DNA from: a virus
Reading direction: 5' to 3' (one strand)
Virus record (IMG/VR): IMGVR_UViG_650716067_000001
Length of the DNA: 64,000 nucleotides
Part shown: positions 47,566-56,804 of the stretch, piece after piece
Position numbering within the stretch: position 1 is the first letter of the stretch
How the letters are laid out: every line of letters starts with the position of its first letter
Notes under the pieces: generated by a model
Told to the model about the DNA's origin: nothing
The model's database searches: none
The model's input: only the letters and a program-made list of their open reading frames with translations
Position numbers and translations under genes: made by a program

Positions 47566-47606
47566 CGGAAAATCCACCAAATTCCATCAACACAATTTAG
47601 CACAAT
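47566..47606 (+). promoter_or_regulatory. Late promoter motif CGGAAAA-N28-CACAAT
   Basis: Direct count. Confidence 0.75.
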
Positions 47607-47635
47607 CATGGCATGTAGTTTCATGACCATAAGAG

Positions 47636-48424
47636 GTGTTGCTGGTGATTTATTTTCCCGTTCTCAGAATGCGGCGATTAACAGTGCAGTTGCGAGAACT
47701 ATCAATTGGCGAATCGATAAAGATTGCATCCATGCCGGTGCATTTAGAAGAGGCGACCAACACCGCCATGCTTCGGTATGCCGTCGAAAGTGTGAAGGGC
47801 AAGGATATTATCGAAGATCCCGCGCATTGGACAGTTCAAGAAAGAATCATGACTGTCTGTCACTACTTGGCATCCACTTCAGATGGCGAACCGGATTTCA
47901 CGATTGGCAAAGGCCGGTATACAGACTATTTAGATGGTAGCAACGATTCCGGTTTAATCGAAACCCATATCAAGATCGGTGAAGTTGGTGGGGATATCTG
48001 GCATATAAGGCACCTAACCGGCGCGATGGCAGAATCAATTGAGCGTGTAAGCGGTGAAATTCCAGACATATCTGGAAAATTACACTGGTTACTAGGTGGA
48101 ATGGCCGCTCAAATGACAATTGAAGGCGATAACAGCCCAAGTCCTATAGATGGTGAGGGCAATTTTGATCAGTTCCTTGTTAGCCGGATGAAAGTCATAG
48201 CCGGTTATCCAGAGAGCGATTTTGAAGCATTACTTGATCTGTATCTTGCCGGTCGCAGAAAACTACATCATCTATTCCAAATAGAGTTCGACGAAAACGG
48301 AATTGTTTCATTACCAAAAGGAGGGGCGGCAAGCGATTTGCCACCCGCCCGATTTCCGGTTAGTACCTGCCTCTCGCTCATCACTCTTAACCTGGTCAGA
48401 GTCGCTCATGAGCCTGGCATCTAA
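47636..48424 (+). CDS. Tail/baseplate assembly chaperone-like protein
   Basis: GTG start after AAGAGG; LRELSIGESIKI. Confidence 0.5.
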   Translation: MLLVIYFPVLRMRRLTVQLRELSIGESIKIASMPVHLEEATNTAMLRYAVESVKGKDIIEDPAHWTVQERIMTVCHYLASTSDGEPDFTIGKGRYTDYLDGSNDSGLIETHIKIGEVGGDIWHIRHLTGAMAESIERVSGEIPDISGKLHWLLGGMAAQMTIEGDNSPSPIDGEGNFDQFLVSRMKVIAGYPESDFEALLDLYLAGRRKLHHLFQIEFDENGIVSLPKGGAASDLPPARFPVSTCLSLITLNLVRVAHEPGI

Positions 48425-48632
48425 TATCAGCCTTTATTCCCATACCTCTTTGGTTGACGCATTGAATCTGCCTGCAAGTGTGGCGAAAGATTTCTTTGAA
48501 AGCAAGCCGTTTGGAGACTGGAAGAAAGTGCGTGAAGCGGAAGCCAAAACACAATCGGCAATTGTCGGTCGCTTGAATTCAGTAATACGAGCGATTGGCA
48601 TCCTTGCCAAGACAACAGCAGGGAGAAGATAG
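48408..48632 (+). CDS. Small tail-assembly protein
   Basis: MSLASNISLY...FFESKPFGDWKK; overlaps previous gene. Confidence 0.5.
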   Translation: MSLASNISLYSHTSLVDALNLPASVAKDFFESKPFGDWKKVREAEAKTQSAIVGRLNSVIRAIGILAKTTAGRR

Positions 48633-48634
48633 AC

Positions 48635-48946
48635 ATGGAAAATCAACATTGCCCACACACAATGCAAATGGGGTCGCACGAAGCAAGAATAGTCGCTCTT
48701 GAGAAGGGAATGGTAGACCTTGAAAGCTCTCTTGAAGCCAAGATCAGTTCAGTGACTCTGCTGGCGCAGAACAACGCTTTAAAGCTCATTGAAGATAAAG
48801 CAAATCAGTCTGGGTTTATCAAGGGCATGCACATGACAGCAACGCTCATTGGCTACTCAATAATCATTGTCTCGCTGATTCTGGCTGGCAAGTTCACGGG
48901 CGCTATAGAGTCTGTCCTAAAGCTATTAAGTGGCAAGGGGTTATAA
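48635..48946 (+). CDS. Coiled-coil protein with C-terminal TM helix, lysis-cassette membrane protein
   Basis: RIVALEKG...; LIGYSIIIVSLILAG; precedes endolysin. Confidence 0.55.
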   Translation: MENQHCPHTMQMGSHEARIVALEKGMVDLESSLEAKISSVTLLAQNNALKLIEDKANQSGFIKGMHMTATLIGYSIIIVSLILAGKFTGAIESVLKLLSGKGL

Positions 48947-48949
48947 AAC

Positions 48950-49414
48950 ATGGATCTGAATACCAAATTATCGCCACATTTCACGCTAAAAGAATTAATA
49001 CGTTCCGATAAAGCAGCGCAGCTTGGCATAGACAATACGCCGCCCGAAGAGGTGATTAATCCGTTAATCATTGTGTGTTGCCGGATCTTAGAGCCAGTGC
49101 GCAATCACTTTCAAAAACCATTTTCTCCCAATAGCGGGTATCGGTGTTCTGAACTTAATCAGGCGTTGCGTGGAAGCAAAACATCACAGCACATGTTCGG
49201 GCAGGCGGTGGATTTCGAGATACCTGGGGTATCGAATTATGAGGTGGCAAAGTGGATATCAGCAAATCTTACTTACGATCAATTGATCCTTGAGAACTAC
49301 GAATCCGGCAAGCCAAATTCAGGATGGGTGCATTGCTCACTTATTAGCGGCCAGAACAGGATGCAGCTATTAACTATCAATGGAAGCAATAGGCGAGAAG
49401 GATTAATCGCTTAA
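48950..49414 (+). CDS. Endolysin, peptidase M15A family
   Basis: LSPHFTLKEL, SGYRC, SQHMFGQAVDF, WVH. Confidence 0.9.
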   Translation: MDLNTKLSPHFTLKELIRSDKAAQLGIDNTPPEEVINPLIIVCCRILEPVRNHFQKPFSPNSGYRCSELNQALRGSKTSQHMFGQAVDFEIPGVSNYEVAKWISANLTYDQLILENYESGKPNSGWVHCSLISGQNRMQLLTINGSNRREGLIA

Positions 49415-49429
49415 TTTATTGGAGATATT

Positions 49430-49960
49430 ATGAAAAATCTTATTTTGGTTATAAAGAAATCAGTTTTAGCGTTGTGTTTATTGGTTTTTGCTCTTCTTGG
49501 CGGGTGCCAGACTGTTTTGAATAAATCCGATGATCTGGCAAATATTGCATCAGTAAACGATGCAATTATGACCGGCAAAGTGCTGGCAACGGTCAAAACA
49601 ATCGAGTTGAGCGGTGTTGAAGAGTCTCAGTTAACGCATGCCGTGAATCAGTACGCATTCTTCGTTGAGAAGTGGAAGCATTCCATTGCTCATCTGGACT
49701 CAACAACAACGGCATTCCAGGAATTCATGAATGATTACTCAGTTCTGATCTCGCAATATGCGGTGGTTGAAAAGATTGTTTCGATTCACTGGGGCAGCTA
49801 TTCGGGCGCGGAACAGGAGGCTTTAAAAAATTACCAGATCATGGCAAAGCAGCTCAATTCGTCAGTCAACAAGCTAGTTACTGCGAATCGTGTGCGCGAA
49901 GCTGTAATGGATGCCGTGGCTTTTGGCAAGGTCGCAATTAAATTGGCTGCGGCATTATGA
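49430..49960 (+). CDS. Lipoprotein in lysis cassette
   Basis: Lipobox LLGGC. Confidence 0.65.
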   Translation: MKNLILVIKKSVLALCLLVFALLGGCQTVLNKSDDLANIASVNDAIMTGKVLATVKTIELSGVEESQLTHAVNQYAFFVEKWKHSIAHLDSTTTAFQEFMNDYSVLISQYAVVEKIVSIHWGSYSGAEQEALKNYQIMAKQLNSSVNKLVTANRVREAVMDAVAFGKVAIKLAAAL

Positions 49961-50274
49961 CATTCATAGAAAACTATATCGACGTGGCAGAGGCAGTCAA
50001 GATCATTCTGTTTGTTGCATCGGGGCTGTTCGGAATGTTCTTTGCCTATTGCCGCAAGTGGGCGCATGCAGACATGGGCGTGGGATTGTTTATGTATATG
50101 TTTGGTGATGAGCGCGCCACGATGAGAGCAATCACCACATTCATCGCTCTGTGCGTCGGTGCCGGGGGCTTGTCCTATTTGGATACATTAACCATGAATC
50201 AAATCATTATTGCCGGTGCCGGGATAGGTTTGCTGGTACCGCAAACAGTTGAACAAAATGAGGAAGAAAAATAA
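49957..50274 (+). CDS. Holin-like membrane protein
   Basis: Three TM helices, charged C-terminus NEEEK. Confidence 0.55.
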   Translation: MTFIENYIDVAEAVKIILFVASGLFGMFFAYCRKWAHADMGVGLFMYMFGDERATMRAITTFIALCVGAGGLSYLDTLTMNQIIIAGAGIGLLVPQTVEQNEEEK

Positions 50275-50855
50275 TGCCGACGACAACACACTCAATAGCA
50301 GCGCGTAATGCTGCCACGGATGCAGTAACGGGGCAAATTGGCGCATCGGGGAATTTAAAATTTAGATTATCCGGGTCATTGGGATCTCCCGGTGCCGTGG
50401 TTGCCACATTGCCATTGTCTGCTACGGCATTTGGCGCGTCATCAGGAGGAACGGCAACAGCCAATGCCATAACGCCGGATACTAACGCAGTAGGTAATGC
50501 GTCACCGGTGGCAGCCGCAACGTTAGAGAAATCTGACGGCACGATTGTGATTCATTTGACTGCCGGGGCATCAGTTACGACAACGGTAACTGGCAACCCT
50601 GGTGAAGATACCGTTACGGTTGGATCTGCTGCTGGCCTTGTAATTGGCATGCACGCATCTGGTACGGGAATTGCTGCTGGCGCGGATATCGTTGATATCC
50701 AGGGCACAACGGTACATTTGTCCGTGGAGAATTCTGGCGCGGTTTCAGGAAATGGAATCTTTAGTTATGACGTTGCTATTTCGAATGGCACCACTATAGC
50801 TGCCGGTGATACTGTTTCTTGCAGCTCTTTGACATACACGGCTTTGCGTTCATAA
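50274..50855 (+). CDS. Virion accessory or fibre-associated protein
   Basis: ARNAATDAV...VVATLPLSATAFGASSGG; Gly/Ala/Thr-rich. Confidence 0.55.
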   Translation: MPTTTHSIAARNAATDAVTGQIGASGNLKFRLSGSLGSPGAVVATLPLSATAFGASSGGTATANAITPDTNAVGNASPVAAATLEKSDGTIVIHLTAGASVTTTVTGNPGEDTVTVGSAAGLVIGMHASGTGIAAGADIVDIQGTTVHLSVENSGAVSGNGIFSYDVAISNGTTIAAGDTVSCSSLTYTALRS

Positions 50856-50868
50856 GTAGAGCGGTAAA

Positions 50869-51900
50869 GTGACAGCAAAAATATTCTATTTTAAGGATGC
50901 GGTACCATCCGGGGCGACACTTCATCGGTCGCTACAAGATGGTGGAACTGCGCCTACTGCTGCCACAACTAGCACCGGATGGACTGCGGGTACTAATGCT
51001 GCTGGCCAGTCATGTGTTCAGAATGGCGGGTCTAAAGTAGCAAGGACCAGTGGGCAATGGGGATCTGCGTTACAGCCATCTGCTGCGCCATCCGATGCAA
51101 TTGGAGATTGCTGGCGATCAGAAAATCTGATTAACGGTAAATTTGCCAATGCCGATTGGACTCTAACATTCAGGATCTTGTCAGCAGCCTCCGCATATAC
51201 AGGACGATTCAAGCTTGGAGTCAGAATCTGGCGGTCAGCAGATCCAACCGGCGCTGGCGCGGTAGAGATTACATCCGGGCGCATCACTTCCGCTGCGACA
51301 ACTGCGGATTTGAGTACGTCAATGGTTTTGTCATTGCCGGTTACGTTTACTCCGGGCACAGAAATAACGCTTAATAATGAGTATCTGTTTGTAAGCGTAG
51401 GTTTAGAAATTACTTCTGCTGGCAGCGGAAATCTGCAGGACATGCTGTTTAGAGTAAGTTCTTCTGCGTTAATAACAACCTCAAGCTTTTCCAATATATT
51501 CAATACAAGTGGTGCATTACCTGGACAGGGATCTGCTGTTAATGGTTCTGCAACGCGCTTCAGAACGCATTCGGCCAGCGTAGCGCTGGCGGGTATAGGT
51601 TCAAGACTTTCTGGTAATTCGGCTAAGTATAGAGCGCACGCTGCAAATGGAGTGTTGATCGGTAAAAATTCAGCTCTTTCAGGATTGTCCGTTCGTTATC
51701 GGCAACACAATTCCACTGGCGCATTATCCGGGAATGGGTCTGCCGTTGCGGGATCGTCCAATATTAGTCTGCCAGCTATCCCTTCCGGGTATTTCGTTAT
51801 TGCACTCTATCGCTTCACGCCGGTGATTGAATTATCCAGAAATAAACCAACGATTCTGATGACCAAGAGCAATCCAACTATAAGGCTGAAAGCGGCATGA
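50869..51900 (+). CDS. Fibre- or spike-like protein with 22-aa repeats
   Basis: GTG start; G.L.G.GS.L.G...R.R.H repeats. Confidence 0.5.
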   Translation: MTAKIFYFKDAVPSGATLHRSLQDGGTAPTAATTSTGWTAGTNAAGQSCVQNGGSKVARTSGQWGSALQPSAAPSDAIGDCWRSENLINGKFANADWTLTFRILSAASAYTGRFKLGVRIWRSADPTGAGAVEITSGRITSAATTADLSTSMVLSLPVTFTPGTEITLNNEYLFVSVGLEITSAGSGNLQDMLFRVSSSALITTSSFSNIFNTSGALPGQGSAVNGSATRFRTHSASVALAGIGSRLSGNSAKYRAHAANGVLIGKNSALSGLSVRYRQHNSTGALSGNGSAVAGSSNISLPAIPSGYFVIALYRFTPVIELSRNKPTILMTKSNPTIRLKAA

Positions 51901-52199
51901 TAAAAGAGAAAATATACGCCGCAACCGATGTTGATGTGATTATGGCTGTGGCTTCCGGGTTTGTTATTGCTGACATTGCCGACATAGCGGTGACTTTGAC
52001 TAATGGCTCATTTTCTATCACTTATGCGATGACAGACAATGAGATAGAGATAGTTGGTGGTAGTTATTTGGTTATGCACATTGCCAAAGATGACATTGCA
52101 GATTCAGGCATATACACGATAGCAGCCATACGAATTACAGATGCTAATGGAAAGGTGTGGGGAATCATGCCATCACCGGAAACCATAGCTTTTCACTAA
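51897..52199 (+). CDS. Hypothetical Ig-like small protein
   Basis: 100-aa beta-rich ORF. Confidence 0.5.
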   Translation: MIKEKIYAATDVDVIMAVASGFVIADIADIAVTLTNGSFSITYAMTDNEIEIVGGSYLVMHIAKDDIADSGIYTIAAIRITDANGKVWGIMPSPETIAFH

Positions 52200-52221
52200 T
52201 AAAAACAAACAGGAGGATGCG

Positions 52222-52794
52222 ATGATACAGCGATCAAGCGCTTTAAGATGGATTACCGGGTTCAAATACCGAACCATCGAGCCATATTGGTTAATGACCA
52301 ATTTCAGGCCAAGAAAGGCAATCCAGTTAAACCGGATACACCTTACCAGAGAAGGTCTTTTGTTTATCGAAGCCGGGTATTCGTCTGACGGTCCGAGCGG
52401 TCCCACAATCGATACCAATGACATTATGCCGGGCGCAACAGGTGCGCACGATCCTGGTTATGAATTGCTGCGCAACGAAATGATGGGCGTGCCGGTAGAT
52501 ATCGTGCAGCCAGAGCAGCGGGCTGGTGAGGGGCTGATTTACAACACACCGGACGAAGAAAAGGTGATCAAAAACGCCAGTCATGAGCAAATCAGACACG
52601 AATTTGACAAATTGCTTGCTGATTTGATGCTTTTAGATGGCCAGATCGTGTGCGAGAAATTCAATAAATATCCACGCTTCAAGAAGCTGCTGGGGAAAGT
52701 TTTGGTATTCAGGGCGCAGTATTTCTATGATGGTCTGAGACTGGGCGGCGTATCTTCAGCAATCGTGTGCCGTAAAGAATACGCAGCGCCTTAA
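52222..52794 (+). CDS. DUF1353-like protein
   Basis: IEAGYSSDGPS...AHDPGY. Confidence 0.55.
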   Translation: MIQRSSALRWITGFKYRTIEPYWLMTNFRPRKAIQLNRIHLTREGLLFIEAGYSSDGPSGPTIDTNDIMPGATGAHDPGYELLRNEMMGVPVDIVQPEQRAGEGLIYNTPDEEKVIKNASHEQIRHEFDKLLADLMLLDGQIVCEKFNKYPRFKKLLGKVLVFRAQYFYDGLRLGGVSSAIVCRKEYAAP

Positions 52795-52846
52795 CGCCTG
52801 CAATCAATTCACAAATCCAATTCCCTCGAATCCGGGGGAATTAAAC

Positions 52847-52887
52847 CGGAAAAACAGCCAGTTCATGGCGATTCAGTAAGGCAAAGT
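52847..52887 (+). promoter_or_regulatory. Late promoter motif CGGAAAA-N28-CAAAGT (tail tube operon)
   Basis: Direct count. Confidence 0.7.
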
Positions 52888-52929
52888 TCTGTTCATCAGA
52901 TTCACTTATGAACTATAGGACAGCCAATC

Positions 52930-53430
52930 ATGACAGTTTCTAATACCGCATATCTTCACGGCTTCTACAACGTTTCAAAAGCGCTTGGTGCAAAGGTTAT
53001 TAATAGCGACTTTACTATGGAAATAGAAGGCTTTGAGCAAAATTACTTGCTAATCAAACAAGCCCCTCATCCTCAAGTATCGGTCGGTGGCGAGATAGAA
53101 ATCCCTGGGATTCTGGGAACTACCATGTGGCAGCCACAGCAAGCCAAGGTTGCGCATCAAGGGCAGGTTGCTTTAGAGGAAACCGTGGCCGGTTCCATCG
53201 ATAACATGCTGGTGAATCTCATTTCAAGAGGCGGCTTGTTCAACGCAAAGATTTACGAAGGCACGCCTCAGAGATTCTTGAGAGCAAAACCCATTGTCGA
53301 TTGTTTTATGCAGATTGATAACCCGGACAGAGATTGGGAAAACAGGTCACAGATATTGCTATTCACTGGAACGATGTTTTACCACTACTTTGGAGAGGTA
53401 ATTCCTGGAAATTCAGGAGATTACACATAA
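52930..53430 (+). CDS. Tail tube protein, P1 Tub-like
   Basis: 166 aa; KVINSDFTMEIEGFEQNYLLIKQAPHP. Confidence 0.7.
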   Translation: MTVSNTAYLHGFYNVSKALGAKVINSDFTMEIEGFEQNYLLIKQAPHPQVSVGGEIEIPGILGTTMWQPQQAKVAHQGQVALEETVAGSIDNMLVNLISRGGLFNAKIYEGTPQRFLRAKPIVDCFMQIDNPDRDWENRSQILLFTGTMFYHYFGEVIPGNSGDYT

Positions 53431-53464
53431 TTTTTTTCATTAACTATGACAGGAGTAAATTGAT

Positions 53465-53821
53465 ATGCCAAGCCCATCATTTTTAGGCGGCAAGCTTCAA
53501 ACCAAAAAAGGATCTGCTAACAGCGAGGTAATCAGCGCTGAAGATGTCGATAAGTATTACGTGAGCAAAGCATCGCCAAAGGTCGTTGAAGGCTCTAACG
53601 CGGCAATGGGAGTTGTAACGCTTGTTGCTGGCTCTAAAGTTGTTACAAATACTCGTGTAACAGCAAATAGCCGGATTTTCTTGACATCCCAAGCAGACGG
53701 CGGCACGCCTGGATCACTGCGGGTTTCTGCCCGTACCGCAGGTACCAGCTTCACCATTACGTCAAGCAGCGGTTCTGATACCAGCGTTGTGGCCTACATG
53801 ATTGTTGAACCAGACGCATAA
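53465..53821 (+). CDS. Hypothetical virion protein
   Basis: GVVTLVAGSKVVTNTRVTANSRIFLT. Confidence 0.6.
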   Translation: MPSPSFLGGKLQTKKGSANSEVISAEDVDKYYVSKASPKVVEGSNAAMGVVTLVAGSKVVTNTRVTANSRIFLTSQADGGTPGSLRVSARTAGTSFTITSSSGSDTSVVAYMIVEPDA

Positions 53822-53830
53822 GGCTGACAA

Positions 53831-54217
53831 ATGGCTACTATAGAAGCGCTCGTTGATAATTTTCTCATGAATGAGCGTCCTGATAGTATCGTGCTAGACC
53901 CCGCAACCGTGCTTGCCAAGGCGGTTGCGGCAACAGAATTCTATGCCGGATATGCGAATCTTGAGGCAAATGACGGTGTTGATCCGCCATTGCCTGCGAT
54001 TGCTGCAAATACAGTCATCAGTTATTCAGAATGGGCTTTGATTAAGCCATTGTTCATGCTTATGACGGAGCTTGAAACATCTACGCAGCTTGAAGCTTCG
54101 CGCGCCCTGGGAGTCGATGTTTTTGGCCGTTCATCCAGTGAAGTTCAGCAGGAAATTAACCAATATCAAATGGAATTGCCTCAAAAGGCATTTCTGCAAA
54201 CAATCATAACAGTGTGA
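53831..54217 (+). CDS. Virion morphogenesis protein
   Basis: EASRALGVDVFGRSSSE. Confidence 0.55.
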   Translation: MATIEALVDNFLMNERPDSIVLDPATVLAKAVAATEFYAGYANLEANDGVDPPLPAIAANTVISYSEWALIKPLFMLMTELETSTQLEASRALGVDVFGRSSSEVQQEINQYQMELPQKAFLQTIITV

Positions 54218-54227
54218 TAACTGCCCT

Positions 54228-55136
54228 GTGATTCTATACCTCAATAGCGGCGAACAGATACGTGGCGATTTAATAAAATCCGCCATAATCCGCTCAGATA
54301 TGTCCCCAATTCCAGTCACGCTCGAAGCAGAAATACGCGCTGACGAAGATATGGCCAAGAAATTGAGTGAGGGGGAAGTCATAACGGCGGGCGGTAGTTC
54401 TGTATCGTCAGGCGATACGCTGCGCATTATCAAATCCACATTGATCGAGAACCGACTTGTGCAGGGAAATCGTGAAATGGATGTGATTCAGATCACGGCC
54501 ATGCTTGATGCCTGCCATGGCATAGCTTTTGTGCGCAGCCGGGCGATTATTAAAGAAAATGCTGTTTTGTCGGCAATCTACCGCGCATCTGGCGCGACTA
54601 TCAAAGCAGTTGATGCAGATTTTCCGGTGCCGCGCTTCTATTGCCCGGTAGGGGATACCCCAAGCTTTCATATTGCCAGGGCATTACAGGAAGAGGGCGG
54701 CATCGTTCGGTGGAAGGATGGCCGGTTAAAATTCTTTCGCCTGCCCGATCTGTTTAAGCAAGATCCGATCATGGAATTGCCTGAGAACGCATCGGATTAT
54801 ATTAACAGCGGATTCCTTGAGCGGCATGAAATTCCTTGGTTTTACTCGCTAGATGATGCCGGTGGCTTTGTCTTGGGCGATCAAAGAAAGCCAAGGAGCG
54901 TGCGTTACGCGCCGTTCATGAATGCGCAGCGCCTGCGTAATATGTCACGCTGCCTGGTGCAGCGCAAGATATCGAACATCAACTTATCAACCGGCATAGC
55001 AGCCGGTGATTTAATCAATTTTACCGGGCGCGATCCGCTTGTTGTTATTACCGCCGCACACGTATTCCAGAGCGGTACCGATGGCAGCGGAAGTAACCAG
55101 TACACGCGGCTTTGGCTTGGCTCTTTAGAGGGATGA
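54228..55136 (+). CDS. Baseplate hub protein
   Basis: 302 aa directly upstream of spike. Confidence 0.6.
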   Translation: MILYLNSGEQIRGDLIKSAIIRSDMSPIPVTLEAEIRADEDMAKKLSEGEVITAGGSSVSSGDTLRIIKSTLIENRLVQGNREMDVIQITAMLDACHGIAFVRSRAIIKENAVLSAIYRASGATIKAVDADFPVPRFYCPVGDTPSFHIARALQEEGGIVRWKDGRLKFFRLPDLFKQDPIMELPENASDYINSGFLERHEIPWFYSLDDAGGFVLGDQRKPRSVRYAPFMNAQRLRNMSRCLVQRKISNINLSTGIAAGDLINFTGRDPLVVITAAHVFQSGTDGSGSNQYTRLWLGSLEG

Positions 55137-55140
55137 CAGG

Positions 55141-55647
55141 ATGAATGATTACGGGCAAATGATTGGCCGTTACCCGGCGATTGTTAAATCATATGACAAG
55201 AATAAACGAACATGCCGTGTCGAGATACCTGCTCTTACTAATGGTGGAGATGTATTCCCAGAAGCTGAGATTGATTATCCGATAGGAGATAAATCAATAT
55301 CAGGAGCGCACTCTACCGAAATAGAAATCAATCCTGGTGATACTGTTTGGGTTGAATTTATTGGTGCTGATGCTCGGTACCCGATCATTATTAGTTATCG
55401 AAATCCACGGGTTGGAAACTCAGTTGATTATCGTCGCTTTCACCACGCAAACATAGAAATGACAGCCGATGGGACATTGAAGCTTAATGCAGCCACGCTT
55501 GAGATTAACGCTGCCACCGTGACTATTAATGGAACCAACACAACCATCAATGGCAGTTCACTGAAACATAACAGCAAAAATATCGGTGATACGCATACGC
55601 ATGGGGGCGTTACGCCGGGATCAAGCAGTACAGATGTGCCAAGTTGA
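55141..55647 (+). CDS. Baseplate central spike, GpV-like
   Basis: OB-fold RCRVEIP, beta-helix repeats, apex THTHGGV. Confidence 0.85.
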   Translation: MNDYGQMIGRYPAIVKSYDKNKRTCRVEIPALTNGGDVFPEAEIDYPIGDKSISGAHSTEIEINPGDTVWVEFIGADARYPIIISYRNPRVGNSVDYRRFHHANIEMTADGTLKLNAATLEINAATVTINGTNTTINGSSLKHNSKNIGDTHTHGGVTPGSSSTDVPS

Positions 55648-55650
55648 TAT

Positions 55651-55691
55651 CGTAAAAGCATCGATTTTGGGTGTTTTTGCTGGTGTATTCT
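55651..55691 (+). promoter_or_regulatory. Late promoter variant CGTAAAA-N28-TATTCT
   Basis: Direct count; one mismatch in box. Confidence 0.6.
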
Positions 55692-55728
55692 GGATATCAC
55701 TTACTTGCATAAATATGAGTTAACAAAC

Positions 55729-56214
55729 ATGAAATCTTTACTATTCAGTTTCGCTGATCTTTCAGTCAAGGACAAGGCCGCAAAAGAAGCCATGAAATAC
55801 TTCTCTCGCGCTGGTGCGAATGTCGTTCAGCAAGACGTATCGACAGCAGTTAAGCGTAATTCCGGGGTAAGTTACCGGGAAATGCTGCTGACTTTTGCAG
55901 ACTCTCAGAAAGTTGTGCTGCGAATCAAACAGACCGGCGATATCTTCCAAGTTCTACTGAATAACAAATTACTACCAATTAGAAACCAGGATGATCACGT
56001 TGCCGCAATCGCTGAGATTGTGAAGGCGATGGACTCCGGGCGTTCAAAGTTCCAGAAACTACTTGCTGCAGCAAAGGTTCGGCCACCCGCAGGAATACGC
56101 ACGGCGGCACCCAAGATGGAGCAAGTATTGATTGGGAAAAGGGATGCTTTGAAAGCGGCGATTGCCGAAGTCAGAGCGGAAATAGCAACATACACAGGAG
56201 CGTTAACAGCATGA
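55729..56214 (+). CDS. Hdf/DarA N-terminal-domain-like protein
   Basis: LTFADSQKVVLRIKQTGDIFQVLLNNK aligns by eye to ELSDGQTVSIYFH...WLLNKK of next large gene. Confidence 0.6.
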   Translation: MKSLLFSFADLSVKDKAAKEAMKYFSRAGANVVQQDVSTAVKRNSGVSYREMLLTFADSQKVVLRIKQTGDIFQVLLNNKLLPIRNQDDHVAAIAEIVKAMDSGRSKFQKLLAAAKVRPPAGIRTAAPKMEQVLIGKRDALKAAIAEVRAEIATYTGALTA

Positions 56215-56681
56215 AGAATTTTTTTAGTGGGTCTCTTTTATTGGTTTTTTGTATGATGACATTACTATCCGCTTGCGATTCGGTATATGCCGATACTGTG
56301 ATCAAGCCGGATTCGGTGATTAAGGTTCACGATGGTGATACGTTCACCGTCAATATTGCTGGTTGCCCAGATGTTTTGTGCAAGAGCATGCCGGTACGAA
56401 TAAGCGGAATCGATGCTCCGGAAATGAAGGGGAAATGCCCTCAAGAAATTGCCGGGGCGATTGCTGCTAAAAATTATCTTGCTGGCCAGGTAATGAATGC
56501 CCAGGATGTTGCGTTACACGATCCAACCAGAGATAAGTATTTCCGGATAAGCGCTCATGTTATGGTGAATGGCGTTAATGTCGGTGATGAAATGATCAAG
56601 CAAGGATTGGCGCGAACGTACAGCGGGGGCAAGCGAGCCGGGTGGTGTGGCAGTACCGTAGTACAAACAAACTCAGTCTGA
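56211..56681 (+). CDS. Thermonuclease (SNase-like) lipoprotein
   Basis: Lipobox LLSAC; VHDGDT, VRISGIDAPE, DKYFR, GLARTY. Confidence 0.9.
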   Translation: MKNFFSGSLLLVFCMMTLLSACDSVYADTVIKPDSVIKVHDGDTFTVNIAGCPDVLCKSMPVRISGIDAPEMKGKCPQEIAGAIAAKNYLAGQVMNAQDVALHDPTRDKYFRISAHVMVNGVNVGDEMIKQGLARTYSGGKRAGWCGSTVVQTNSV

Positions 56682-56712
56682 ATATCTGGTTAACACAGCC
56701 AGAAAGAAATAG

Positions 56713-56744
56713 ACAAGCCCGGTTATGCCGGGCTTTGTTTTTTT
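56713..56744 (+). terminator. Intrinsic terminator
   Basis: AAGCCCGG-ttatg-CCGGGCTT then T-tract. Confidence 0.75.
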
Positions 56745-56756
56745 ACCATCGCTTCA

Positions 56757-56797
56757 CGGAAAACCCACCAAATACAGTGCTGTGAGCGGCTTAACAT
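56757..56797 (+). promoter_or_regulatory. Late promoter motif CGGAAAA-N28-TAACAT (darA-like operon)
   Basis: Direct count. Confidence 0.75.
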
Positions 56798-56804
56798 GCT
56801 GCTT

